From assembly GCA_041749855.1 (NCBI GenBank), contig JBGTAN010000037.1, positions 10,144-74,143 on the forward strand: a DNA stretch of 64,000 nucleotides. The letters run 5' to 3'. This document shows positions 20,070-30,045 of this stretch, in pieces. The position numbers and the translations under genes are program-made. Within the stretch, counting starts at the first letter, position 1, and every line of letters starts with the position of its first letter. This DNA is from Bdellovibrionota bacterium. GTDB lineage: Bacteria; Bdellovibrionota; FAC87; UBA2466. The notes under the pieces are model-generated. The model was not told the DNA's origin. It saw nothing but the letters and a program-made list of their open reading frames with translations, and did no database searches.

Positions 20070-21329
20070 GTGATGCAAATGTGGGAGAGAAATTTTTCGC
20101 GGTTCAATGCGTTCGGGCTATCCGTCTTCGCCCTAGCCGCCTGTAGCAACGCCACCGTTCCTGCGTCCGTCGATTCGCGTGTGTTGCGGGGCCATGTCAG
20201 CGTAGGACCGAACTTGAAGGCCACGCGTTTAGTCTCGGGTGGCTGCATTCAACTGATTGAAAAATCCAACGTTCTCTATGCGAGCTTTTTCAGCGAGCCG
20301 TGCCCTGTTGAGCCGAAGGAAATTCTTCCCGACGGCAAATTGGCGTTTGAAGTCGAGGTTCGCTCGACGCAGGACTCGTCTTTATTGGATGTTTTGAAAG
20401 ATGACCTAAAACTCGGAGAGCTTCGAGTCGTTGCGGGGGAGCCTCCCACGTGGATCATCCGGCACTTCTGTCAGTTTTCCGATCCGACGCTGCGCGTGAA
20501 TCGACTTTACAGCACGCTCTGCAGCGTCCGGTTTGAGGGAGATCCGGGTGAAAATACGGGGCGCTTCAAAGAGTTAAAGATCGCTTCCCTTACCGAACTC
20601 GCGGATCAGACGATTTCAGACCGGGAGGAATGGGTTTTGGCTGACAGGCGGATGTCGATGCGCTTCGACCGGGTGGATAGAAACTACCAGACCATGCGGC
20701 GCGAGCTGGAGGAGCGGGAGGCGACGTTTGCCAGAACCGAAGAAGAGCTGACAGCTGCTCAAACCAAGCTAGCCGGTTTGGACCAATCTCAGAAAAGTGT
20801 GAGACGCGCGCTCGATATTGCGCGTGCGACTGCCGAAGTAGAAAAAGCGAATCGCATCAAGAGTGAAATCATGAACTCGATCATGATTTACGAGCAGCAA
20901 ATGCCGGATGTCGCTTTGTTGGATCGCCAGATCAAACACTCTGAATCTGCCAAGATTCAGGAACAAGAAATCTTAGCGCAATTCGGTGATCGCTTTGGCG
21001 CGGGCAGTGTGAATGGGTCCCAGCAACAACTACAACTAAAAAAGGCCTTGGATCTGGTCCGGCAGTACATTCTGACTCCGGAGCAGTCCGACAGGATCAA
21101 AGAATTGAAAAGCATTTCTGAGCTCTATCGCGACAAGATTGCATCGCTTCGGGCGAACGAATATGAGCCGGCCTACAAGCGTGCGATGGATGCCTTGAAA
21201 GTTCTCATTGATGCTCAAGGGCTGGTCTCAGCAGATGAAGTACCGGCGCTGCAGGATCCTCCTCCACCGTCGACGGAACCTCCAGCGCAGACTACTGAAG
21301 CTGCATCGGATCCCGCGGCAGGATATTAA
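20070..21329 (+). CDS. Lipoprotein with C-terminal coiled-coil and Pro-rich tail, unknown function
   Basis: Lipobox FALAAC; heptad-rich region (ELEEREATFARTEEELTAAQTKLAGL...); 3' end overlaps the dxs stop by 38 bp in convergent orientation. Confidence 0.6.
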   Translation: MMQMWERNFSRFNAFGLSVFALAACSNATVPASVDSRVLRGHVSVGPNLKATRLVSGGCIQLIEKSNVLYASFFSEPCPVEPKEILPDGKLAFEVEVRSTQDSSLLDVLKDDLKLGELRVVAGEPPTWIIRHFCQFSDPTLRVNRLYSTLCSVRFEGDPGENTGRFKELKIASLTELADQTISDREEWVLADRRMSMRFDRVDRNYQTMRRELEEREATFARTEEELTAAQTKLAGLDQSQKSVRRALDIARATAEVEKANRIKSEIMNSIMIYEQQMPDVALLDRQIKHSESAKIQEQEILAQFGDRFGAGSVNGSQQQLQLKKALDLVRQYILTPEQSDRIKELKSISELYRDKIASLRANEYEPAYKRAMDALKVLIDAQGLVSADEVPALQDPPPPSTEPPAQTTEAASDPAAGY

Positions 21330-23271
21330 GATGCGTAGCCGGGATACGCTCGCTCTCGGGTAGCTCCAACCAATCCAAACGGTCGCGCACACGTGCGACA
21401 ATGGAAGTAGGATCCAGTCCAGCCCACTCACGCTGCGTACTCGGCGAAGCGTGCTCGATAAACCGATCGGGCAATCCCAATCGCAGCTGATGCGCGAGTA
21501 TCCCTTCGTCCGCAAGCAACTCACCAACCGCTGAGCCAAAGCCTCCTAGGGCCGAGTTTTCCTCAATCGTTACCGTCAGGCGTGCACGACGCGCCCAGTG
21601 CGTGATGAGGGAGGTGTCGAGGGGTTTTGCGAATCGGGCGTTAATGACCGCAACTTTGAGATCACTTCTCAAACTTTCTGCAGCGACGAGGGCCAATTGC
21701 ACCGCGAGTCCGATTCCAATCAGCACAACATCAGGTTCAGAGTCATCCGCACTCAGCAGCTCTCCTTTGCCGAGGGGGAGCAATCGAAAGTCGCCGTCCA
21801 TGGGAACGCCAACGACTTCGCCTCGTGGATACCGAATGGCGGTTGGCGCAGTCGTGGTTTGAACCCCGGTATAGATCATGTGCTGGAGTTCATTCTCGTC
21901 TTTGGGAGCCATGACGACCAGATTCGGGATAGCTCGGAGGTAGCTCAAATCAAAAGCCCCCTGGTGAGTGGCCCCATCGGCACCCACAAGCCCCGCGCGG
22001 TCCATGGCAAAAACTACAGGAAGGTTTTGGATCGCTACATCATGAATGATCTGATCGTAAGCGCGCTGAAGAAACGTGGAGTAGATCGCCGCCACCGGTC
22101 GAAAGCCCTCCGTGGCGAGCCCCGCTCCAAATAGGACTGCATGGGCTTCTGCGATTCCCACATCGTAGCAGCGTGTTGGGAATTCTTTTTGAAATCGATT
22201 CAGCCCCGTTCCGCTCGGCATTGCCGCGGTGATGGCAACGATGCGAGGATCGTTTTTGGCCATTCGAATCAGAGCGTCAGAAAAAACGTCTTGGTAGTTC
22301 GCTTTCTTTTTACCCGCACTCTTCTCAATTCCTACTTTGGTACAGAAGGGAGAAACACCGTGGTATTGCAGGGGCAGCTCTTCCGCGAGAGGGTAGCCTT
22401 TTCCTTTCACGGTGAGCGCATGCACCAAATAGGGACCGCTCTCAGGTCCCTCTTTCTGAATGAATCGAAAGGCGTCCACCAAAGCCTGCGTATCATGCCC
22501 GTTGATCGGTCCGAGGTAACGGAAACCGAAACACTCAAATAGGATGCCGGGCGTGAAAAAGTTTTTAACGCTGGTTCTCAATTTAGTGGCAAGAGAGGAG
22601 AGGGGAACGCCCAGCTCCGCGAGAGAATTCAACAGGAGCCGAACCTCTTTCCGGACTCGATTGTAGCCTGGGTGAGCCACCGCATGATTTACGAATGAAT
22701 TCAGCGCGCCGACATTGGGATCGATGGACATGTCGTTGTCATTAAGCACGACGACGAGGTTGCGCGCGGGAATGTGGCCCGCATTGTTTAGCGCTTCGAA
22801 GGCCAAGCCACCTGTCATGGAACCATCGCCGATGACGGCGATAGCTAAGTGAGGCAGCCCAGCGTGTTTCATTCCCTCCGCCATTCCCAAAGCGGCAGAT
22901 ATGGAAGTGCTGGCGTGCCCCGCTCCGAACGGATCGTATTCACTCTCAGACCGGCTAGTGAATCCGCTGAGGCCTCCGGTTTGGCGAATGCTCGAGAAAG
23001 TTTCACGACGGCCAGTAAGAATCTTATGGGGGTAGGCCTGGTGGCCCACGTCCCAAACGAGTTTATCGTCAGGGGTGTTAAAGACGTAGTGGAGCGCAAT
23101 CGCGAGCTCGACGCTACCCAGATTAGAAGCAAGGTGGCCGCCTTTGAGGGCAATGACTTCGAGAATTTCTTGTCGCACTTCCTCGGCGACGTGGGTGAGC
23201 GCGGACTCCGGTAGGCGTCGCAGGTCGTGTGGGGAAAGAATGTCGTCCAGAAGACCCAAGCGGCGCCTCAC
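21292..23271 (-). CDS. dxs: 1-deoxy-D-xylulose-5-phosphate synthase
   Basis: Thiamine diphosphate (TPP)-binding motifs (GDG...NDN), transketolase-like domains; conserved xseB-ispA-dxs gene order. Confidence 0.95.
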   Translation of the reverse strand: MRRRLGLLDDILSPHDLRRLPESALTHVAEEVRQEILEVIALKGGHLASNLGSVELAIALHYVFNTPDDKLVWDVGHQAYPHKILTGRRETFSSIRQTGGLSGFTSRSESEYDPFGAGHASTSISAALGMAEGMKHAGLPHLAIAVIGDGSMTGGLAFEALNNAGHIPARNLVVVLNDNDMSIDPNVGALNSFVNHAVAHPGYNRVRKEVRLLLNSLAELGVPLSSLATKLRTSVKNFFTPGILFECFGFRYLGPINGHDTQALVDAFRFIQKEGPESGPYLVHALTVKGKGYPLAEELPLQYHGVSPFCTKVGIEKSAGKKKANYQDVFSDALIRMAKNDPRIVAITAAMPSGTGLNRFQKEFPTRCYDVGIAEAHAVLFGAGLATEGFRPVAAIYSTFLQRAYDQIIHDVAIQNLPVVFAMDRAGLVGADGATHQGAFDLSYLRAIPNLVVMAPKDENELQHMIYTGVQTTTAPTAIRYPRGEVVGVPMDGDFRLLPLGKGELLSADDSEPDVVLIGIGLAVQLALVAAESLRSDLKVAVINARFAKPLDTSLITHWARRARLTVTIEENSALGGFGSAVGELLADEGILAHQLRLGLPDRFIEHASPSTQREWAGLDPTSIVARVRDRLDWLELPESERIPATHLNILPRDPMQLQ

Positions 23272-23279
23272 CTAAAAAA

Positions 23280-24167
23280 CTATCTTTTGCGGTCTCGAAT
23301 AAACTCGGCAATTCCCTTAAGCGGCAATGCTCTCTCTCCCTCGGGGCTGATGGCCGCAATCGCAGAATCAATGAGTCGGTTCATCTTTTCTTTCATTTCT
23401 GGACGACCCATCACCTGAGCGTAACTCGGTTTGGGTTTTTTGCGGGGACCACGCGAATATCGGATCGACGTCTCCGCGTCCAAAATATCGTCGGAAATCT
23501 GAAAAGCTAAACCAATGGCTTCGCCATATCGACGGATGCGTTGCAACCGGAGCTCGTCGACGGGAGTGAGTCGGGTCGGCAAGAGCACCGAACCTAGAAT
23601 AAGTGCACCTGTCTTGTGGATATGAATGAACTCAAGTTCGGGAAGGCTATACGTCAGGTCTTCGGTGGTCACATCGAGCACTTGACCTCCCACCATCCCG
23701 CGCACGCCGCCGTAGTGCACCATCAATTCGATAGCGCCAAGCACTTGGGCGGGTTGATACCCATGGCTTCCCAGTAGCAACATTTGTCCGAAGGCCTCTG
23801 TAAGCAGAGCATCTCCGGAAAGAATGGCCATCGCTTCGCCAAACTTCTTGTGGTTGGACGGGCGGCCCCGTCGGGTATCGTCGTCATCAAGAGCGGGCAA
23901 ATCGTCATGAATAAGCGAGTACGTGTGGATGTACTCAATGGCGCAGGCGGCAGGTAAGACACTGTTCGGGCTCAGGCCAAGGTACTCAGCGGCTGCAATC
24001 ACGAGCAGTGGGCGCAGTCTTTTTCCGCCCCCTTCCAGGCTGTATTGCATGGAGTTCAAAAGCGGCCCAAAGCGCTGCGACACCGACTGACGAAAACGCA
24101 CCATGTTCTCGTCAAGGTAATGATTAATTAACTGAATTCGCTCTTCACTGTAGGTTTCGAAACTCAC
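23280..24167 (-). CDS. ispA: Farnesyl diphosphate synthase (geranyltranstransferase)
   Basis: First and second Asp-rich motifs (LIHDDLPALDDDDTRRG; FQISDDILD). Confidence 0.93.
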   Translation of the reverse strand: MSFETYSEERIQLINHYLDENMVRFRQSVSQRFGPLLNSMQYSLEGGGKRLRPLLVIAAAEYLGLSPNSVLPAACAIEYIHTYSLIHDDLPALDDDDTRRGRPSNHKKFGEAMAILSGDALLTEAFGQMLLLGSHGYQPAQVLGAIELMVHYGGVRGMVGGQVLDVTTEDLTYSLPELEFIHIHKTGALILGSVLLPTRLTPVDELRLQRIRRYGEAIGLAFQISDDILDAETSIRYSRGPRKKPKPSYAQVMGRPEMKEKMNRLIDSAIAAISPEGERALPLKGIAEFIRDRKR

Positions 24168-24235
24168 GTGCGCCAGACCCTCTAAAGGCCCCTCACCTTA
24201 TGGAGCGCCCCCAAGCGTGTCAAAGGAAAGGAAGC

Positions 24236-24508
24236 CTATTCGGGCAAATCCGTGCGACTCACTTTGCCGGCCTCATCTTGAACCAGAACCTGAACCTTGC
24301 GTTCCACTTCTTCCAGCCGCTGTAGGCAGTCTCGAGACAGAGAAACCCCTTTCTCAAACGCCTTCAATTGGCTTTCAAGGGGTTGGTCCCCCTTTTCAAG
24401 CTCGGAAATAATTTTTTCCAGCTCTTGAAGAGAGGTTTCAAAGGTAGGTGGATTGCTCGTTTTCGATGCCACGGATGGGAGGCTACTCCGACCCGCTTTC
24501 ATTGACAA
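24236..24508 (-). CDS. xseB: Exodeoxyribonuclease VII small subunit
   Basis: About 90 aa, FETSLQELEKIISELEKGD motif typical of XseB; located upstream of ispA. Confidence 0.85.
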   Translation of the reverse strand: MSMKAGRSSLPSVASKTSNPPTFETSLQELEKIISELEKGDQPLESQLKAFEKGVSLSRDCLQRLEEVERKVQVLVQDEAGKVSRTDLPE

Positions 24509-24554
24509 TGCGCACGCTGAGCCGATAGCTTCTTAGAGGGTAGGGGCCTATAAC

Positions 24555-25694
24555 ATGCGATTATTTCCGATGTTTCGTCTATTTCCGATTCTGCTTTTGA
24601 TCCTCGCGAGCTGCACGAAAAAGGCAGGGAACGAGAACGAAATCGTTCTTGGCGAATATGGGTCCATGACGGGTCAGGAAAGCAGCTTTGGGACCTCCAC
24701 CCACAGGGGCATTGAAATGGCGATTGAAGAAGCCAATGCCGGAGGCGGACATGCAGGGAAAAAATTCCGCATTATCACTTACGACAATCAAGGAAAGTCT
24801 GACGAAGCGGTGACCGCCATCACCAAACTCATTACGCGCGATCACGTTCTCATGGTGATAGGCGAGGTTGCGAGTTCAAGAAGTATTGCCGCGGGCGCCA
24901 TTGCGCAGCAGTACAAGGTCCCGATGATTAGCCCAGCCAGTACCAATCCCAAAGTTACTCAGTTAGGCGATTACGTTTTTCGAGTGTGTTTCATCGATCC
25001 CTTTCAGGGCCGGGTCATGGCGAAGTTCGCTCGTGAGAATCTGAAGAAGCAAAAAGCCGCCGTACTTCGAGATATTCGAAGTGACTACAGTGTGGGACTG
25101 GCCGACTTTTTCTCAAAAGAGTTTAAAGCCATGGGCGGAGAAATTGTAGCGGATGTCGCGTATTCCACTGGCGACGTCGACTTTAAATCTCAGCTCACCA
25201 ATATACGGTCCAAGAAACCAGACGTGATTTTTGTTCCGGGGTATTACACCGAAGTAGGATTGATCGCCAGACAGGCAAAGGAACTCAATCTCAATGTACC
25301 CCTGCTTGGTGGCGACGGGTGGGACAGCGATAAGCTGACTGAAATTGGCGGGGACGCCATTGTAGGCCACTACTTTAGCAATCACTACTCGCAGGAAGAT
25401 CAGACTCCCCGTGTTCAAGATTTTATTAAGAAGTATCGTGCTCGGCATGGGGAGGCGCCCGACAGTATGGCCGTACTGGGGTACGACGCGGCACTCGTTG
25501 CTGTCGACGCTGTACGACGCGCCAAAGAATTGACCCCTTCGGCCGTGAGGGACGCTTTGGCGGAGACAAAAGGGATTCCTGGAGTAACAGGAGTGATTAC
25601 GCTCAATGCCCAGCGAGATGCTGTAAAACCCGCTGTTGTGATGCAGGTCAAAGGTCCTAAGACCTATGGTTACGTCACGACTATCAACCCTTAA
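24555..25694 (+). CDS. livK: Branched-chain amino acid ABC transporter substrate-binding lipoprotein (LivJ/LivK family)
   Basis: Lipobox LASC; type I periplasmic binding fold (Leu/Ile/Val-binding family). Confidence 0.85.
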   Translation: MRLFPMFRLFPILLLILASCTKKAGNENEIVLGEYGSMTGQESSFGTSTHRGIEMAIEEANAGGGHAGKKFRIITYDNQGKSDEAVTAITKLITRDHVLMVIGEVASSRSIAAGAIAQQYKVPMISPASTNPKVTQLGDYVFRVCFIDPFQGRVMAKFARENLKKQKAAVLRDIRSDYSVGLADFFSKEFKAMGGEIVADVAYSTGDVDFKSQLTNIRSKKPDVIFVPGYYTEVGLIARQAKELNLNVPLLGGDGWDSDKLTEIGGDAIVGHYFSNHYSQEDQTPRVQDFIKKYRARHGEAPDSMAVLGYDAALVAVDAVRRAKELTPSAVRDALAETKGIPGVTGVITLNAQRDAVKPAVVMQVKGPKTYGYVTTINP

Positions 25695-25714
25695 GTGGTA
25701 GGACTTGTTCCCCG

Positions 25715-26614
25715 GTGCAGGCTTTTCTTCAAAACTTAATCAACGGACTTGCTCTGGGCGGCGTGTATGCGCTGGTAGCTCTCGGCTACACGATGGTCTA
25801 CGGGATTCTCAGTTTTATCAATTTTGCTCATAGCGAAATCTTTATGTTCGGCGCGTTCGCGGGACTGTTTGTGGCTTTGCAGCTCATGGGCGCGCACGAT
25901 CCGATGCTTGTTTTGATGATAGTCATGTTGGCGGCGATGGCAGCGTGTATGTTGCTCGGCGCAATCGTTGAGCGCTTCGCCTATCGGCCTTTGAGAAGTG
26001 CGCCGCGCTTGAATGTGCTCATCACAGCGGTGGGCGTCTCGCTACTGCTTCAGAATCTCGCCCAGTATCAATTTGGTTCGACCCCTCGTACGTTCCCTTC
26101 CATTATTCAGACGATCCCCCTTCTAGGAGGCTCTGATCTGGTTGTGACCAACATTCAGGTCCTGGTTATTTTGGTTTCCGCAGCGCTCGTAGCCGGTTTG
26201 ACCTATCTCGTTAATCGAACCAAGATCGGCACTGCGATGCGAGCGGTGAGCTACGATATCGACGTCGCCAGTTTGATGGGAATTCCTACCGATCGAATTA
26301 TCGTTTTTACGTTTATGATCGGTTCCGCATTGGCTGGCTGCGCCGCCGTACTGTACGGACTTTCCTATCCCAAGATTGAGCCGATGATGGGTGTAAACAT
26401 TGGGATGAAAGCGTTTGTCGCTGCCGTCTTCGGTGGCATCGGAAGTTTAACCGGGGCCGCAGTGGGGGGGCTCTTGCTGGGTCTCGCAGAGTCTTTTACC
26501 GTCTACTATATTTCCTCCACTTTTCGTGACGCCATCGCCTTTGCCGTTTTGATCACCGTCTTGTTGGTGCGGCCTTCTGGCCTGTTTGGAGTGATTCGCA
26601 AGGAGAAGGTGTGA
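25715..26614 (+). CDS. livH: Branched-chain amino acid ABC transporter permease
   Basis: LivH-like polytopic permease. Confidence 0.88.
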   Translation: MQAFLQNLINGLALGGVYALVALGYTMVYGILSFINFAHSEIFMFGAFAGLFVALQLMGAHDPMLVLMIVMLAAMAACMLLGAIVERFAYRPLRSAPRLNVLITAVGVSLLLQNLAQYQFGSTPRTFPSIIQTIPLLGGSDLVVTNIQVLVILVSAALVAGLTYLVNRTKIGTAMRAVSYDIDVASLMGIPTDRIIVFTFMIGSALAGCAAVLYGLSYPKIEPMMGVNIGMKAFVAAVFGGIGSLTGAAVGGLLLGLAESFTVYYISSTFRDAIAFAVLITVLLVRPSGLFGVIRKEKV

Positions 26615-27558
26615 GTCCTCAAGTCGCCCAGCTAATTAAAGTCACGGTTTTCGTGGCAGTGCTCTGGGTGGTGAGCCAAGTGCTTGATCAGTATCTGAAC
26701 GCGTACTACTTGCGCGTACTGGTCAATTGTGGAATCGCGGGCATATTGGCGTTGAGTCTGAACCTGATCAACGGTTGTGCGGGACAGTTTTCGCTGGGGC
26801 ACGCGGGGTTCATGGCGGTGGGTGCCTATGTTTCTGCGGGTTTGACGACGGTATATCCTGCGACGGAGTTTCTTCATTCGGCGCTGGGGGTAGGTCTTGC
26901 TATCGGCATCGGCGGAATAGCGGCTGGAGTTGCGGGCTATCTCGTCGGACTGCCTTCGCTAACATTGCGCGGAGACTACCTTGCGATCGTTACTTTAGGT
27001 TTTAGCGAAATGATTCGAGTTCTTTTCTTGAACATCCAGTCATTGGGTGGGGCGCGAGGGATGTATGGGATTCCAACGCAAAGTAACTTTTTCTGGGTCT
27101 ACCTCTGGTTGGGAATTACCTTTCTCGTTCTTTGGCGTCTGCTCAAGTCTTTCAGAGGCCGAGCGATTCTCGCATTGCGAGACGACGAAATTGCATCCGA
27201 AGCCATGGGTGTGAATGTGTCGCATTACAAAGTGGTGAGCTTTGCGATTAGTGCCCTATTTGCAGGGGTTGCTGGCGGTTTATATGCGCATTACCAAGGC
27301 TATATCGATCCGCCTTCGTTTGATTTTAATCGCAGTGTGATGATTGTGATTATGGTGGTGCTTGGCGGAATGGGCAGTCTCAGCGGCGCTGTTCTCGGTG
27401 CCTTTTTAGTGACGATTCTACCGGAGAGCCTCCGGGTCTTTGAAGACTTCCGATTGATAATCTTTCCACTCTTGCTAATCGGGATGATGCTCATTCGTCC
27501 CAAGGGCCTGTTGGGGCATCGTGAAATTTGGGAATTTTTTAAGCGGGGAAAGACGTGA
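26611..27558 (+). CDS. livM: Branched-chain amino acid ABC transporter permease
   Basis: LivM-like permease; 4-bp overlaps with the flanking genes. Confidence 0.88.
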   Translation: MSPQVAQLIKVTVFVAVLWVVSQVLDQYLNAYYLRVLVNCGIAGILALSLNLINGCAGQFSLGHAGFMAVGAYVSAGLTTVYPATEFLHSALGVGLAIGIGGIAAGVAGYLVGLPSLTLRGDYLAIVTLGFSEMIRVLFLNIQSLGGARGMYGIPTQSNFFWVYLWLGITFLVLWRLLKSFRGRAILALRDDEIASEAMGVNVSHYKVVSFAISALFAGVAGGLYAHYQGYIDPPSFDFNRSVMIVIMVVLGGMGSLSGAVLGAFLVTILPESLRVFEDFRLIIFPLLLIGMMLIRPKGLLGHREIWEFFKRGKT

Positions 27559-28322
27559 GTACGCCTTTGCTCCAAGTAGATGGGCTCGGGATTTCGTTCG
27601 GCGGCTTGAAAGCCGTGGCGGGATTTAACTTGGATCTTGAGCCGGGTTGTCTCCAAGGGCTGATTGGCCCGAATGGAGCGGGCAAAACGACCGTATTCAA
27701 TCTGCTGTCAGGAATTTACCTTGCTGACACGGGGACTTTTCGACTGGATGGTCGAGAGCTTCGTGGATTGAATCCCGAGAAGATCTCCCACCAAGGAATT
27801 GCTCGAACTTTTCAGAATATTCGCATCTTCCAGCATCTGAGTGTCATTGAAAATGTCCTGGTGGGGTTTCATCATAAGACCCGCTACAGCTATTTGACTA
27901 CCTTACTTCGTACGCCCGCTTTTTTTCGCGAAGAAGCAGAGTGGGTAACCCAAGCCCAAGTGCTTTTGGAGCGTGTGGGCCTTGCTCATCGTGAGAATGA
28001 AGTGGCTCGGAATCTTCCCTATGGGGACCAGCGTCGTTTGGAGATTGCGCGGGCGTTGGCTACGGGGCCGAAAGTGCTTTTGCTGGATGAGCCGGCGGCA
28101 GGTCTGAACACGACAGAAAAAGCGACTCTGATGTCTTTGATTGCGAAGATCCGAAAAGACTTCGCTGTTGCCGTGCTCGTGATTGAACACGACATGAAAC
28201 TCGTCATGGGAATTTGTGAAAAGATTACCGTACTCGATCACGGAGAAGTCATTGCGGTGGGTACTCCCAAAGAGATTCAGGCCAACCCCAAAGTCATTGA
28301 AGCTTACCTGGGGGTAGCTTGA
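27555..28322 (+). CDS. livG: Branched-chain amino acid ABC transporter ATP-binding protein
   Basis: Walker A GPNGAGKTT, ABC signature, Walker B LLLDEPAAG. Confidence 0.9.
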   Translation: MSTPLLQVDGLGISFGGLKAVAGFNLDLEPGCLQGLIGPNGAGKTTVFNLLSGIYLADTGTFRLDGRELRGLNPEKISHQGIARTFQNIRIFQHLSVIENVLVGFHHKTRYSYLTTLLRTPAFFREEAEWVTQAQVLLERVGLAHRENEVARNLPYGDQRRLEIARALATGPKVLLLDEPAAGLNTTEKATLMSLIAKIRKDFAVAVLVIEHDMKLVMGICEKITVLDHGEVIAVGTPKEIQANPKVIEAYLGVA

Positions 28323-29017
28323 TGTTGCGTCTTGAAGCCGTTGAGTCGGGGTATACCCGAACTCCCATCCTGAAGAACTTTTCGCTGGAAGTGAACAAAG
28401 GCGAGACCGTTGCTCTCGTAGGCGCTAACGGCGCCGGTAAGACCACGGTGCTTCGCACTATATCGGGACTGCTGCGCCCTTCAAAAGGCCAGATTCTATT
28501 CGACGGAAAAGATATCTCCCGAATGAAGCCGTATCGCATTGTTCGGGCGGGTCTATCGCATGTGCCGGAGCGACGTGGGATTTTTTCGAACCTCACAGTG
28601 TACGAAAACTTGCTGATAGGCGGCTACAACCGCCGGTTATCCCGAAAAGACTTCGACGAGATTTATTCCATTTTCCCGATTCTTCAAGAGCGAGACAAGC
28701 AATCAGCGGGAACCCTTTCCGGAGGAGAGCAGCAGATGCTCGCCATTAGTCGTGCTCTGCTGGCTCGACCCGCTTTGCTTCTTTTGGATGAGCCTTCCCT
28801 GGGGCTTGCCCCGCAGATCACGCGTCGTATTTTCGATACGATAGTTCGAATCAATCAGAGCGGAACGACGGTTTTGCTGGTCGAGCAAAACGCCCACGCA
28901 GCGCTGCGCATTAGCAGTCGCGCCTATGTTTTAGAAGTGGGAGAAATACGCTTCTCTGGAAGCTCCGAAGACCTTCAGAAAAACGATTCTATTCGCAAAG
29001 CGTACTTGGGAGAATAA
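28319..29017 (+). CDS. livF: Branched-chain amino acid ABC transporter ATP-binding protein
   Basis: Walker A GANGAGKTT, LSGGEQQ signature, LLLDEPSLG. Confidence 0.9.
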   Translation: MMLRLEAVESGYTRTPILKNFSLEVNKGETVALVGANGAGKTTVLRTISGLLRPSKGQILFDGKDISRMKPYRIVRAGLSHVPERRGIFSNLTVYENLLIGGYNRRLSRKDFDEIYSIFPILQERDKQSAGTLSGGEQQMLAISRALLARPALLLLDEPSLGLAPQITRRIFDTIVRINQSGTTVLLVEQNAHAALRISSRAYVLEVGEIRFSGSSEDLQKNDSIRKAYLGE

Positions 29018-29023
29018 CGGGTC

Positions 29024-29458
29024 TTAAGCGATGCTGTGAACGAGCAGCTTTTCGCCTTCGCGAAAAAGGACCAAGACCTTCGTGGTGCCGCGGACCTCTT
29101 CCACAATGCCAACTCCAAAAGTGGGATGCTGAAGGACATCTCCCATAATGAACTTTGCATTGGCTTTATAGGGGGCCACGTCTTCTTTGCTCTTCTTGGC
29201 GAGCTTTTGCTCCCAAATCTCGGAAACTTTGATAACGGTTTTAGTTGCCCGCGGTGAACGAGTTTTTGTCACGCGAGTAAGGCTAGCGGCCGTCTTATAC
29301 TTGTGCGTTCCTCTGCAGGTTTTGCACTGTACCTTTGAAGGTTTCGAGTCCAACATGGAAACGATGACATGAGCCAGTTCCATCTTGCATTTAGTACAGT
29401 AAGAAAGACAGTCGCCGCCCACTTTGGCAGGTCCATAGAGCTCTGGTGTAGTCGTCAT
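29024..29458 (-). CDS. Small zinc-ribbon protein (MJ0042-like CxxC...CxxC finger) with basic linker and C-terminal beta-rich domain
   Basis: CTKCKMELAHVIVSM...VQCKTCRG; start taken at MTTTPELYG (the track ORF is extended upstream). Confidence 0.5.
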   Translation of the reverse strand: MTTTPELYGPAKVGGDCLSYCTKCKMELAHVIVSMLDSKPSKVQCKTCRGTHKYKTAASLTRVTKTRSPRATKTVIKVSEIWEQKLAKKSKEDVAPYKANAKFIMGDVLQHPTFGVGIVEEVRGTTKVLVLFREGEKLLVHSIA

Positions 29459-29486
29459 GGGTGAAAGGTAGTCAAGGCGCCGCCCA

Positions 29487-30020
29487 ATGGCAAATGAGAA
29501 CACAAAAAGACGGTCTTCTCGCGCAGCTATTCTCGGATTAATCCTCCTTGGGTTCATTTTGGCTGGTGTTGGCTTCCTCTACTCTCCTTCTCCCGATGCG
29601 TCACAAGACACCTTATTGGGAACCGAGGCTCCTGACTTCGAGTTTGAACGAAATGGCATGCGGGAGACCCTTTCCAGCTTGAGGGGCAAAGTAGTCCTCA
29701 TCAATTTCTGGGCCCACTGGTGTGAACCCTGCCTCGAGGAAATGCCTTCGCTCAAGAAGCTGGAGGCGGCTGTGGGCAGTCCCGATTTTGCGGTTTTGCT
29801 GGTTCAAGTGGGCGACGAGCGGGAAGAAGCCCAGAAGCTAGCGATTCCTGCCCAGCTTTTGGCTTTCGACGTAACCCCTTCTACGCTGTCCTCTTACGGC
29901 ATTTCTGGACTGCCGCACTCCTTTTTGGTCGATAAACTAGGGGTCATTCGAGCGGTTTTTGAAGGGCCAAGAGACTGGACTTCGGAATCGATTCTCAAGG
30001 AAATTCGGGAGCCTCTTTAG
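29487..30020 (+). CDS. Thiol:disulfide oxidoreductase, TlpA/ResA-like thioredoxin-fold membrane-anchored protein
   Basis: N-terminal TM helix; active site WCEPC. Confidence 0.8.
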   Translation: MANENTKRRSSRAAILGLILLGFILAGVGFLYSPSPDASQDTLLGTEAPDFEFERNGMRETLSSLRGKVVLINFWAHWCEPCLEEMPSLKKLEAAVGSPDFAVLLVQVGDEREEAQKLAIPAQLLAFDVTPSTLSSYGISGLPHSFLVDKLGVIRAVFEGPRDWTSESILKEIREPL

Positions 30021-30045
30021 CCTGATTCATGATAGTGAAGGCTCC

